64,000 nucleotides of DNA, taken from positions 544 to 64,543 of IMG/VR virus record IMGVR_UViG_3300028430_000741; one strand, written 5' to 3'. This DNA is from a virus (lineage: Duplodnaviria > Caudoviricetes). The position numbers were made by a program, and so were the translations under genes. The first letter of the stretch is position 1. Every line of letters starts with the position of its first letter. The notes under the pieces are model-generated. The model had not been told where the DNA came from and made no database searches. It worked only from the letters and a program-made list of their open reading frames with translations. Shown here one piece after another: positions 48,173 to 57,467 of the stretch.

Positions 48173-48409
48173 TTATTTTTTGTATTGGCAGTACCATTCG
48201 TCTCCGTCCATGTGGTTGTGAGCAACACCCACCTTTTGATTTTCATCGTCTAAGATGTCTGCTTTGTATTCATCCGAGGGTGATCCTTTGATGTTAGACA
48301 GCTTGCCAGTGAAGTTTTCGGGAAAATCCCACGCTTTTGCGGGCTTTATCGAAAGCTTCGTAGTAATCCATATTTTTTTCTTATTTTTTTTGTTTGTCTC
48401 TTGATACAT
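48173..48409 (-). CDS. hypothetical protein (start uncertain)
   Basis: 78-aa ORF; its ATG is only 2 nt from the -10 box, so the true start is doubtful. Confidence 0.35.
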   Translation of the reverse strand: MYQETNKKNKKKIWITTKLSIKPAKAWDFPENFTGKLSNIKGSPSDEYKADILDDENQKVGVAHNHMDGDEWYCQYKK

Positions 48410-48411
48410 TC

Positions 48412-48441
48412 ACTATATCCCGAATTTTCTTGAATTGTCAA
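48412..48441 (-). promoter_or_regulatory. sigma70-type promoter with CTTGA-N4-TCAAG palindrome
   Basis: TTGACA-attcaagaaaattcggga(18)-TATAGT. Confidence 0.65.
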
Positions 48442-48504
48442 GTGAATTTTTAGAATTTTTTCCCGTAATTTTCCGAATAGTTACTATAGATTAATCTCTA
48501 TACG

Positions 48505-48965
48505 TCCATGTTATCGGGATTAGGTCAATGTTAGAGAGTTTCTAACATCCTGAAAAGCTTACGGGATAAGCTTTTCAGGAATGTGTTATGGATGTTGTGG
48601 CGATCCTAGTAAAAAAAGAGAAAAGATGTAAATAACCAGACTCGACCATAAGAATACGCCTAGAGACACGAAAACTGATCGGGATATAGAATCTATCGAG
48701 GAGGTGGAGAGAACGGGGATAAGGAGGGATTTTGGGGGGATCGGGAGAACGAACGACACAAAACGGGAAACACAAAAAATCCCCTAACATCCATAACAAA
48801 AGCCTGAAACGTAAGCGAGGAAAGGGATAGAGAATGTTAGAGAGGAAATAACATTGATTAACAGAGATAACATTTTTCTTTCTATTCCTATTCTCTCTAC
48901 ATCGCATCAAAAATCCCCCTAGAACTTTCTCTAGAGGGATTGACAGGGGATTTGTCGTTTGTTCA
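48505..48965 (-). repeat. non-coding TGTTA/TAACA palindromic element, copy B (inverted)
   Basis: Reverse strand contains TTTTGTTATGGATGTT, ACTAGGATCG, AACATCCATAACA and TCAGGATGTTAGAAACTCTCTAACAT; preceded by a hairpin similar to 62880-62911. Confidence 0.8.
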
Positions 48966-49252
48966 GATACTCCTGAATAGTGTTTAGTCCTACTAGCTGT
49001 TACCGACAAAATTTTGGTCAAAGCAGGCTTAAGACAACCCAAACCACTCCCCACACTATAAAACCTAAGATCAGGTAAACCTGTAAATTAAACAAAAATA
49101 CCTGGAACCATAGAGGAGATTTTTTAATCATTGTCCAAATATCGCTCAATATGTTAAAAATACCCATATATTATCATCTTTACAAAAAAGAGAAAGACAG
49201 GGATTCCCCCCCGATAATAAAAGCAAAAGTTGAGCTTACTTATTTTTTTGTC

Positions 49253-49405
49253 ATGAAATCTATTCTAGCATCTGTTTTGTTATTTTCTGCTCTTGTCACT
49301 GTCACTCCTGTCTTTGCTCAGACTACCGAATCCAACAAAGACCAGTTAACTAATGAGGCTTCTGGGATGTGTTGGACTGGTCGCATTAATTGCGGCAGCC
49401 TTTAA
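49253..49405 (+). CDS. small secreted peptide precursor (50 aa)
   Basis: MKSILASVLLFSALVTVTPVFA signal peptide plus a 28-aa tail with two Cys. Confidence 0.6.
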   Translation: MKSILASVLLFSALVTVTPVFAQTTESNKDQLTNEASGMCWTGRINCGSL

Positions 49406-49798
49406 TCAATATTGTGGGTGTTTAGTTGCAGATGTACTACGTCTTTGTTGGTAGCGTTGGTGTTGATCCTGTTTTCGTTTAGGATCGAGTTCTCGGTGTT
49501 CTAAGCAGTACCCAGATTTGTTTCGGGTATTAAGTGCCGTAAATTTACCTAAAACTAAGCAGGCAGCACAGTATTTAGTTTCAGGGATAATTGCTTCTGT
49601 AGAAAAGTTGATTCCTTTTTTTGCGATTATCTCAGGAGGTTTATCGCAGATTAAAGCTATTTTTGTCAAAGCTACGCCTGATAAAGAGTAATCTTGTAGT
49701 TTAACAAGACTTAAGTTAGTGTCAATGTTGTCGATTTTCTGAATAGAAGATTTTAAAATTTTAAAATCTTCTGATTTAAGGGACAAGATTAGAATCAT
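49406..49798 (-). CDS. hypothetical protein with Zn-finger-like motif
   Basis: CAAC...GYC..H. Confidence 0.6.
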   Translation of the reverse strand: MILILSLKSEDFKILKSSIQKIDNIDTNLSLVKLQDYSLSGVALTKIALICDKPPEIIAKKGINFSTEAIIPETKYCAACLVLGKFTALNTRNKSGYCLEHRELDPKRKQDQHQRYQQRRSTSATKHPQY

Positions 49799-50021
49799 GG
49801 TAAATACGCTGTCAATAGATTAAATTAAGCAGTTTACTGATTTGCTTAGGTCACTGAATTTTAGACAATATAAACAAGCTTTCGGACTTTTTTGGTTCAC
49901 CTTCTCTGTTTAGAATAGATACGGTCTGTTTGGTAAATTTTGTGTTATCGATTACTTCTTGAGGCTTATTTACGCAAGCATCTCACAAAAGAGATTTAAT
50001 TTTAATTGCTTGGTTCTGAGT

Positions 50022-50320
50022 TCAATTACTTGAGATTCCCACAGAGGCAAGTGTTGAGTTTAGGCAATTTTTTCTTAGTCGTTCGTTGTCTTTGGTCAGT
50101 TGGGCGACTTGACACTTAAGCTTCTCTGTTGACTGTAAAACGGAATAACTTCCAGTTTTTCGGATTGAAGGAAGAACTTCCTGTACTACCCAATCTTGAA
50201 AAGGTTCTGATTGAGGCTTACGGCTAGTAAGAACTAATCGGTAGAGTCCAGACTCTGAAATGACTACCATTTCTCGGTTTTGACCTGACACGGTTAATAA
50301 CCGTGTCAGCTTTTCATATT
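50022..50320 (-). pseudogene. N-terminally truncated BRO-family antirepressor
   Basis: ISESGLYRLVLTSRKPQSEPFQDWVVQEVLPSIRKTGSY is the BRO-N C-half; the N-half is missing and replaced by repeat-derived sequence. Confidence 0.7.
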
Positions 50321-50332
50321 TACTTCTAGTTG

Positions 50333-50354
50333 CTGATAACTGATAACTGATAAC
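50333..50354. repeat. heptamer tandem repeat (CTGATAA)x3, cyanobacterial STRR-like
   Basis: ctgataactgataactgataac. Confidence 0.7.
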
Positions 50355-50361
50355 CAATTTA

Positions 50362-50598
50362 CTATCTAGTGTTACATCCCAAAATCCCATAAGGATCTCC
50401 GTCTTCTTCAAAATCTATACTATTCCATTGCTGAATAATTTCTTCAGCAAAAGCCTTAGTTAGCAGGGAACCCGGACGATAATACGATCTTCTGTAATGG
50501 GCTACTTCTGCAGCAGTTAAAATTTCAGGAGTGGTAGTCCGGAGGTTGATATAATCAGCAAATTCTTGAGCAGTCATTACCTTTTTGGAATTAACCAT
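50362..50598 (-). CDS. hypothetical protein
   Basis: 78-aa ORF. Confidence 0.55.
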   Translation of the reverse strand: MVNSKKVMTAQEFADYINLRTTTPEILTAAEVAHYRRSYYRPGSLLTKAFAEEIIQQWNSIDFEEDGDPYGILGCNTR

Positions 50599-50774
50599 TG
50601 TCTTCTTGATGATTTTCCCCCTACTTAAGCTTCGGGGTATCCCTAATAGGGATTAGATAAAGCGCACGCAACTACGACTATAGTTCATAGTTTCAATTCC
50701 TAATAGGAGTTTTTTGTGCAGCTACCCTAAATAAGTCACTTAATTCTTGAAAATAGGTGTTTTGCTGTGCCACT

Positions 50775-51242
50775 TTAGGCACTGGCACTACAGGAAAAGC
50801 GGTAACATACCTCTTGATAAGAAATACACTGAATCTTTCCTTTAATATTTTCAAATACCCAATAATCGCCATCGCTATCTTGATAAATAGCATTAGCATT
50901 TAAATCAATAGGAATCTCAAAAGTTGCAGATGTTTCTCCTTTTTTACCTTTAAATTTTCGACTTACAGGCTCGATAAACTTCTTAGTGAATCCACCGTGC
51001 TTAATATCTTTTTCGGGTGAGATTTTCGCTACCCATGCTTTCCAAGCGCGGCGAGGAGTTTCTAAAATAAGAGTCCGAGTTTTCGGCAATCTTTTAAAAG
51101 CCACGATATTATTTTTTTGAAGCTGTTCAATTGCGGCTTCTACTTTTAGAATTTCTATAACAATCTTAGCTTTGGCACGATTGCCTTTTGTAATTTTAAG
51201 TTGAGATTCCAATCGAGCCAGTTTAGATTGTAGGTTATTCAT
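50775..51242 (-). CDS. hypothetical protein
   Basis: 155-aa basic ORF downstream of the promoter at 51274-51302. Confidence 0.65.
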   Translation of the reverse strand: MNNLQSKLARLESQLKITKGNRAKAKIVIEILKVEAAIEQLQKNNIVAFKRLPKTRTLILETPRRAWKAWVAKISPEKDIKHGGFTKKFIEPVSRKFKGKKGETSATFEIPIDLNANAIYQDSDGDYWVFENIKGKIQCISYQEVCYRFSCSASA

Positions 51243-51273
51243 GATCTGTGATTTGTGGTTTGTTTACTTTTCT

Positions 51274-51311
51274 ATATTAGATCGTTCTCCCAATAAAGTC
51301 AAGTATATGGG
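51274..51311 (-). promoter_or_regulatory. sigma70-type promoter with a different operator-like inverted repeat
   Basis: TTGACT-17 bp-TAATAT; TTCTCCCA...TGGGAGAA inverted repeat spans the -35. Confidence 0.6.
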
Positions 51312-51466
51312 AGAATTATTTCTGAGCAGATGTACTAAGTACATTTGCTTGTTATCATTGTAGATAGATTGTAGATAGGGTGATCGACAACCGAAAGCCT
51401 TGCAGAGTTTTTACTCCATTGTAATTAGGGTTTACTAGAGGGGTTCCGGGGGGAACCCGTGGTGGT

Positions 51467-52867
51467 CTAGGCGAGTTTGTACACGCCGTTCCCGATGTTT
51501 TTGATAGCCCATCCGTACTTAGTCACTAGCGAAGAACGGGAAGGGCTGTACGACCTCCAATTCAAGGCGGTCGCCACTTCTTCCTTAGTCGCCCCATCGA
51601 GTAACAAGTCATACTCGATCCGAAGCTTTGTGCCTTCGGCGGGGACGGCTTTTTTCCCATTGAATACCCGTGGTTTCCGTTCCCCGCCAGACTTGCGGGC
51701 TTTTTTCTCAATACCTAACCAAGCTTCCCATTCTTGGCTCTTGAACCATTTAGGATTGAAAAACTGGCTGTCCATCGTGGACATGATAGCCCCATCTTTA
51801 TTCACCGCGTAATATTTATCGTTGTCGGTAAATAGGCGGCAGTCTATATTGATTAGCCCTGTGTCTTGCCACAAGGGATTAAGCCCTTTCGAGGATAACC
51901 ATTCGGAGATGGTTGGGATGTAGACGGGAGTGTTTAGTTCCAGCCATTCACTGTACAGCATTATATGAGTTTTTACTTTTAGCGATTCCCATACTTCCAT
52001 AGGGATTTTCGTAATTCCATTGAAACTTACATCGGCTAATAGTATTAGTCCTTCAGCGTGGTCGATAGTAATCATATACTTTTTGTCAGGAGTAACATGA
52101 ATGTGAAATTTTGTATTATCTTCTTTTTCCTCAATTTCAGTTACTTCAATTTCTTCCGACTCAGTTTCCTCAACTTCAGTTTCTACGGTTTCTTCAGGGG
52201 TCGTTTCAATTTTATCGATAATCTCGGTTTCAGTTTCGGCTTCGATAGTCTCGGCTTCATCGATAGTCTCAGTTTCCTCTACTTTAATTTCTACGGTTTC
52301 TTCAATCTCAGTTTCAGTTTCAGTTTCCTCAATCTCAGTTACATCTAAAAAACCTACATAGCGAGGATAGTTATGACCTTGTGGATCGACCACAAGTGGA
52401 TCGCCGTTTAGAGATGTTACGAATAAGCAGTTCTGCTCCCCGCCCTTGCCAGCTAACCATTCATAATCAGATAAAAGGGAGTGTTTAAACTCAGCGAAGT
52501 CTTCATCGGATAATGTGATTTTTTCGGCGATAATCACATCAGTCTCGTAACAATTATCGGGAACCTGTTCTAAGTATTCCTCGATTGTTGCGTTTTTATT
52601 GATCTTTGGAAATTTAACCCGTGCTTTGATTTCTACATTTTCAATGCTAATCGGCTCGATATTCGGAGTCGGGAAATAATCACAGGCATCGACTAAAGTT
52701 GCATCGGTCAAGTTTTCCTCAATCCAAGTAACAATAGAATCACGCAATTTGTCTTTAGAAATCCCTACTAATTTTAATCCTGCATTGTGAGCGACGTTTA
52801 GTTCCTTGCCGATAGCTTGTAATTCGGAGTAAACTTCGCAGGTTTTGATGGTTTCGATAGATAACAT
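51467..52867 (-). CDS. multidomain early protein with DUF6329-like domain and Glu/Thr-rich acidic tract
   Basis: F...LLSDYEWL...CLFV....LVVDPQGHNYPRYVG; long E/T/I low-complexity segment. Confidence 0.7.
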   Translation of the reverse strand: MLSIETIKTCEVYSELQAIGKELNVAHNAGLKLVGISKDKLRDSIVTWIEENLTDATLVDACDYFPTPNIEPISIENVEIKARVKFPKINKNATIEEYLEQVPDNCYETDVIIAEKITLSDEDFAEFKHSLLSDYEWLAGKGGEQNCLFVTSLNGDPLVVDPQGHNYPRYVGFLDVTEIEETETETEIEETVEIKVEETETIDEAETIEAETETEIIDKIETTPEETVETEVEETESEEIEVTEIEEKEDNTKFHIHVTPDKKYMITIDHAEGLILLADVSFNGITKIPMEVWESLKVKTHIMLYSEWLELNTPVYIPTISEWLSSKGLNPLWQDTGLINIDCRLFTDNDKYYAVNKDGAIMSTMDSQFFNPKWFKSQEWEAWLGIEKKARKSGGERKPRVFNGKKAVPAEGTKLRIEYDLLLDGATKEEVATALNWRSYSPSRSSLVTKYGWAIKNIGNGVYKLA

Positions 52868-52935
52868 GATGTTTTTTCCTTTTGTTCGTGATGTTTCGTG
52901 TTTGTTTGGGGCGTTTTGTTTTCCCTCATGACTTA

Positions 52936-52964
52936 AGAATATTGGCTATTTCTTGAATTGTCAA
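52936..52964 (-). promoter_or_regulatory. sigma70-type promoter with CTTGA-N4-TCAAG palindrome
   Basis: TTGACA-attcaagaaatagccaa(17)-TATTCT. Confidence 0.7.
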
Positions 52965-53061
52965 GTAAAACAATGACACTCCCCTAATGCTCAAAATCCT
53001 TGACCTCACTGGATTACAGCGATCAGTCAAGGATAAGCCAAGTAAATTTAATATAAAAGTT

Positions 53062-53679
53062 TTAACCCATAAGCTTCTCTTGGCTTAAAGTTTCAAGTTT
53101 GGGATAGGGAAGGGATAGCGGGGCGATCGCTTTTCGCATTTTGCGATCAAGAGGATATAGATAGCGATATTTCGATGATCCCTTGATAATTGTCACGTCG
53201 GGATGTTTTTCCATCCCCTTGTACTTATTCCGGAATGATCGACCTTGCCAGCGCTTTCCTTTATACAGATATTCGTCGCTCGCTTGAGAACGACCGCAGT
53301 AAATCCAATTCCCTGCCTGGTAGATAATCCCTAGATGCCCTTGCTCTGGATCGGCAAAAGAGACGATCAGCCTCAATCCGGGAGATTGCGACTTTAATAA
53401 ACTGATCGCCCTCGCCACGATCATAGTTACTGGCGATTCGTGCTGTCTGAGTGCTACACGCACCAATTCGCAGCACTCGGTAGATTTTAGCCCGTAGGGT
53501 TTTCCAAGGTTGTTGGTTGCCCCTACCCCAAAAATGACCGCACCGATAAATTTATCGTCTTCCCAGACTCCAATTTTGACCAATTTACTCTTAGGAATAC
53601 ACCGGGAATAGTGATAGTTTTCGCAAGCGTATTTTGCCGCATCGTGGCTACAAAATGCCACCTTTAAATCGGTCATCAT
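53062..53679 (-). CDS. Mom-like adenine-modifying GNAT-fold protein
   Basis: YHYS, ELVRVAL, LIVSFADPEQGHLGIIYQAGNW.Y.G and KYRYLYPL; start MMTDLK overlaps the ParB stop. Confidence 0.8.
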   Translation of the reverse strand: MMTDLKVAFCSHDAAKYACENYHYSRCIPKSKLVKIGVWEDDKFIGAVIFGVGATNNLGKPYGLKSTECCELVRVALRQHESPVTMIVARAISLLKSQSPGLRLIVSFADPEQGHLGIIYQAGNWIYCGRSQASDEYLYKGKRWQGRSFRNKYKGMEKHPDVTIIKGSSKYRYLYPLDRKMRKAIAPLSLPYPKLETLSQEKLMG

Positions 53680-54287
53680 TCGTTCACCCATGTATGCCCG
53701 CACTTCGGACACTCGATCGGTTTTTTCTGGTCTAGCCGGGGTTGTTCCTCATCGCTCGGATCGAAGTCTGGCGGTTCACCTTCCTCGCTATCTCCCGCGT
53801 TCAAGGTGGCGAGAATTGAATTTAAATCGCCCATCGCTTCTAAATTTTCCCCCTCGCTATCGAGATATTCTGCTTGTTCGAGTAGCAGATCGTGATCGAA
53901 TAATTTTAGCTCATCGATAGGATCGAGTCCTGCCCCGTGAATCGTAGAATGATTGTGCAAAATGGAGTATTTTACAGCTTTTCCCTCACTTTCCGCCTCT
54001 ACTCCTATCAAAACAGGCACTAACCATTCTCCGTCTTTATCGGTCAAAATTCCCCGCGGCGGCTTAATATTCCGTTTTTTGATTTCTAGTAAAGCCGCAC
54101 GGCGATCATGACCCTCTGTAATCCCTCCTTTCCCCTTATTAAGAGACGGGTCTATGCCTATCGGGTCTTTAAATCCAAATTCAAGAATCAGAGCGATCGT
54201 GTTTTCGGTCGCGTGCTTTTTGGAATTGCTTTTTAGCGGAACAAGATCGGAGAGGCGGCGATATTCGATCGCTAACTTATCTGGCAT
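53676..54287 (-). CDS. ParB/Srx-like N-terminal domain protein
   Basis: N.KKH, EFGFKDPI, ITEGHDRRAAL; C-terminal CPKCGH. Confidence 0.8.
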   Translation of the reverse strand: MPDKLAIEYRRLSDLVPLKSNSKKHATENTIALILEFGFKDPIGIDPSLNKGKGGITEGHDRRAALLEIKKRNIKPPRGILTDKDGEWLVPVLIGVEAESEGKAVKYSILHNHSTIHGAGLDPIDELKLFDHDLLLEQAEYLDSEGENLEAMGDLNSILATLNAGDSEEGEPPDFDPSDEEQPRLDQKKPIECPKCGHTWVNE

Positions 54288-54329
54288 AATTGAGTTGTCT
54301 AGTATGATTACAAACTTTACCTTATCTAA

Positions 54330-55097
54330 ATGCCAATAGTAAAAGAAACAGGAAAGCGACCAAAAAACTTAATCCCGAAAGAACCTATCGAATTTGTAAC
54401 TTTTCCAGTCTGGGAAAAACAGCCTTACGAAATGCCAGAGTGGTACGAAAGATTCTCGCTTTGGTATTTATCTTTACCAAGTGGCTACCGAACGCTTAAC
54501 CGCGCCTATCAAAATTGTTCAATTGCGGCAGGACAAGAAATTCCAAAAACGCAAATCAAGCGAAATATCGATACGCCAGATAACTGGGAAATTGCTTGCA
54601 AGAATTACCGATGGGAAGAACGAGCGAGAGCTTACTGGCTAAAAAAAGTCCAAGAACAAGAAGGGCATATTGACCATGTTTTGACCGAAATTCGCGAGAG
54701 AACACTAAAAATCGCAATAAAATCGCTTGACAAGATCGAGGCGATGACAAATTACCCGATTAGTAGAAAGCAGATTACATCGATCAATGAAGATGGAACT
54801 CCATTACAGGTAACAATTGAACCTAACGGGAACTGGTCACACCGGGACGCGCTGACTATGAGCAAAGCCCTAACAGATGTGCTTGAAAAAGTTATGGGAT
54901 TAGACACTCTCGAATATGCACTAAATATCGTTCAAAAACATGGATTAGCGGTTATCGACCCCGATGGCAAAATAATCGGGCAGGGAGCGATCGGGTCTGG
55001 TGCTGATGACCTAGCAGTAATTATTCGTGATAGCGCAGAGATTGATGACGTGCTAATTCCTACTAAAATGATGAAACACGATGAGGATGAAGAATGA
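54330..55097 (+). CDS. putative terminase small subunit
   Basis: WEKQPYE...F..YL...RTL..AY...W.....RWEERARAY pattern; upstream of terL. Confidence 0.65.
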   Translation: MPIVKETGKRPKNLIPKEPIEFVTFPVWEKQPYEMPEWYERFSLWYLSLPSGYRTLNRAYQNCSIAAGQEIPKTQIKRNIDTPDNWEIACKNYRWEERARAYWLKKVQEQEGHIDHVLTEIRERTLKIAIKSLDKIEAMTNYPISRKQITSINEDGTPLQVTIEPNGNWSHRDALTMSKALTDVLEKVMGLDTLEYALNIVQKHGLAVIDPDGKIIGQGAIGSGADDLAVIIRDSAEIDDVLIPTKMMKHDEDEE

Positions 55098-55399
55098 CTA
55101 CATTAATAGATAAAACAGTTTATGATACTTTTCTTGCGTTAGAATTAGCAAGAATAGAGACTGATTATGGTTATCAAAACCCTCAACTAGAGCAAGGCTT
55201 CGATTCCTATGTTGACAACAATTTTGATTGGCTATCGATTCCTATTCAAGAAATAATGTTCACGTTAAGATTCCGTGAAATACTTTACAATCGTGCCAGA
55301 AAAGCGATTAAGCCCGATGGGATTAAATATGGTGACTTTTGTGTTCCTTTGGTGAATTTTAAAACCCTAGAAAGACAGTGGAAATACCCCTATGTTTAA
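55094..55399 (+). CDS. hypothetical protein
   Basis: 101 aa, ATGA overlap. Confidence 0.6.
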   Translation: MTTLIDKTVYDTFLALELARIETDYGYQNPQLEQGFDSYVDNNFDWLSIPIQEIMFTLRFREILYNRARKAIKPDGIKYGDFCVPLVNFKTLERQWKYPYV

Positions 55400-55697
55400 A
55401 TGCAATAAACAATTTAAAGTTATCGAAAGTGCCAGCTGCGCTAAAAACACTACGATTTTTACTCTTTACCAAAGAAGAAATATATTTAAGGTAATCGGGT
55501 ATTCTCTTATGTTTCCAGTTATTGTAATTATATGCGTCGGTGATTTTATCTGCGGGCAAGATAGTGTTTTTACGATCTGGGAATGGTGGAAAGATATTCA
55601 ATGGGAAGAACTACGCACGTTCAATACCCTTGAAGATGCAATTAACTATAAGGTCGATTTCTGCGGGGAAAAAGAAGAAAAAACCTATTGGTTATAA
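55392..55697 (+). CDS. hypothetical membrane protein
   Basis: 101 aa with one hydrophobic segment, tightly coupled to terL. Confidence 0.6.
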   Translation: MFKCNKQFKVIESASCAKNTTIFTLYQRRNIFKVIGYSLMFPVIVIICVGDFICGQDSVFTIWEWWKDIQWEELRTFNTLEDAINYKVDFCGEKEEKTYWL

Positions 55698-55700
55698 GCA

Positions 55701-57380
55701 ATGAAATTCCGTAACGGACTATCGATTAAAAACCGATCAAAGATTAAATCCAACACGGAAACCTATCGCCGCATTCAAGAAACGAATGCGGCAAATAATA
55801 TCGTCACATTTCCTCGTTTGCAGGAAGGAAAACAGGCTCTTTTCGGGGCAGTTGACGCAGATGTAATAATTTTCGGCGGTGCGGCCGGCTCCGGGAAATC
55901 TCACGCCCTTTTAGTCGATTTTGCCCGACAAGAATTTATCGATAATCCCGACTACCGAGCGGTAATTTTTCGGCGTACTTATCCCGAATTTACGCAAGCG
56001 GGCGGATTGGTTGATGAAAGCAGGAAAATCTATCAACCGATCAAGGGAAGTTTCGCAGAAAAACCGAACCTTGAATGGAGGTTTGCAAGCGGTTCGCGAA
56101 TATCATTTCGGCATTTACAGCACGAAAAAACCGTTTACAGCTACCAAGGGGCGCAGATTGCCCGAATCGGCTTTGATGAGCTAACTCACTTTACGGAAGA
56201 TCAATTTTTCTATCTCCTTTCCCGTAATAGATCGGTATCGGGAATTAAGCCGGCAGTCAGGGCTACCTGTAACCCCGATGCTGATAGTTGGGTAGCCGAT
56301 TTTATCTCGTGGTGGATCGACCCGCGGACGGGATACGCTATCGAGGAAAGAGCGGGAGTCGTGCGGTATTTTGTACGAGAAGGAAATACCGTACATTGGG
56401 CTGATACAAGAGATGAACTAATCGAAAAGTTTGACCTTAAAAACAAGCTTTTCGAGATGATCCCGCCCGATATTCGAGAGGAGTTTTTAGCGGACGATGA
56501 TGTAAAAATTAAACCAGAAGATTTAGTAAAAAGCTTCACTTTCATCCCCGCTACAATTTTTGATAATCGAGCCTTAATTAAGGTCAATCCTACTTACCTT
56601 GCTAACCTGTACGCTCTCCATCCGATCGAGCGAGAAAGGCTACTCAAGGGAAACTGGAAGGTTAAATATGAAGCTGGAACTGTTTTTGATCGCACATGGT
56701 TCGAGATACTGGATAGCATTCCCGATGACTGGAAACTGATCGGAAAAGTGCGATTCTGGGACTTGGCCGCTACAGCAAAGGAAAATGCCGAGAATTATCA
56801 CTGCTACACTTCTGGAACACTTGTCTATAAATACGAGCGTATTAAAACCGTACTATCGGACGGAAAAGAAGTAAGAGAATTTGTTTACGTTGTCGCCGAT
56901 AATCTCTGTGAGCAGAAAAAAGTCGGGGAAGTTGAATTAATGTTGAAAAACACTGCCGGGATAGATGGGAAAACCGTGGCGGTTCGGTGGGAACAAGAGG
57001 GCGGATCGAGCGGTAAATTTGTAGAAAATACGATCACCAATGTCATCCGAGAATATCATCCGAATCATGATGTGGCAGCGATCGCCCCACAGGGAGATAA
57101 ACTGACACGGGCGTTACCTGCGGCTACGGCGGCTAGTAGAGGACAGATTTTTATCCTTCGTGATGCCACTTGGAATACTCGATTTCTTAATGCTTGCCAA
57201 AACTTTGATGGCAACAAAAAAACACCACCGGTAAATGACATAGTTGATTCCTTGTCTGGCGCGTTCTATTCCCTTGAAAATGAGTTTCTGAGACATGATG
57301 ATGATGGAGTGATGCCGATTGCATCGCCCGGCCCGGTGAACGAATTTAGGGCCAGATTATCGAGGGGACGGGGACGGTAA
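55701..57380 (+). CDS. terL: terminase large subunit
   Basis: GGAAGSGKS Walker A, FDELTHF Walker B, ATCNP, FWDLAAT and DIVDSLSGA nuclease motifs. Confidence 0.92.
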   Translation: MKFRNGLSIKNRSKIKSNTETYRRIQETNAANNIVTFPRLQEGKQALFGAVDADVIIFGGAAGSGKSHALLVDFARQEFIDNPDYRAVIFRRTYPEFTQAGGLVDESRKIYQPIKGSFAEKPNLEWRFASGSRISFRHLQHEKTVYSYQGAQIARIGFDELTHFTEDQFFYLLSRNRSVSGIKPAVRATCNPDADSWVADFISWWIDPRTGYAIEERAGVVRYFVREGNTVHWADTRDELIEKFDLKNKLFEMIPPDIREEFLADDDVKIKPEDLVKSFTFIPATIFDNRALIKVNPTYLANLYALHPIERERLLKGNWKVKYEAGTVFDRTWFEILDSIPDDWKLIGKVRFWDLAATAKENAENYHCYTSGTLVYKYERIKTVLSDGKEVREFVYVVADNLCEQKKVGEVELMLKNTAGIDGKTVAVRWEQEGGSSGKFVENTITNVIREYHPNHDVAAIAPQGDKLTRALPAATAASRGQIFILRDATWNTRFLNACQNFDGNKKTPPVNDIVDSLSGAFYSLENEFLRHDDDGVMPIASPGPVNEFRARLSRGRGR

Positions 57381-57382
57381 AG

Positions 57383-57453
57383 AGACAGGCACGGGAGTCG
57401 AACCCGCTGTTTCAAGGTTATGAGCCTTGCGTGAGCCGTTTCACTCGCCTGCG
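57383..57453 (-). tRNA. tRNA-Met(CAT), initiator-like, with atypical D-arm
   Basis: CGCAGGC...CAAGG-CTCATAA-CCTTG...GCGGG-TTCGACT-CCCGT-GCCTGTC cloverleaf; TGnTATAAT 6 nt upstream; no encoded CCA. Confidence 0.8.
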
Positions 57454-57467
57454 TTTATTATTATAAC

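Noticed and set aside
48575-49054. 159-aa ORF on the minus strand
   Set aside because: Lies across non-coding element B and a terminator hairpin; composition is not protein-like
49151-49252. N-terminal extension of the 84-aa ORF
   Set aside because: The internal ATG at 49253 gives a clean signal peptide, so the extension is probably not translated
57383-57453. tRNA as a prophage attachment site
   Set aside because: Phage genes lie on both sides, no duplicated tRNA 3' end is seen and no integrase is in the window
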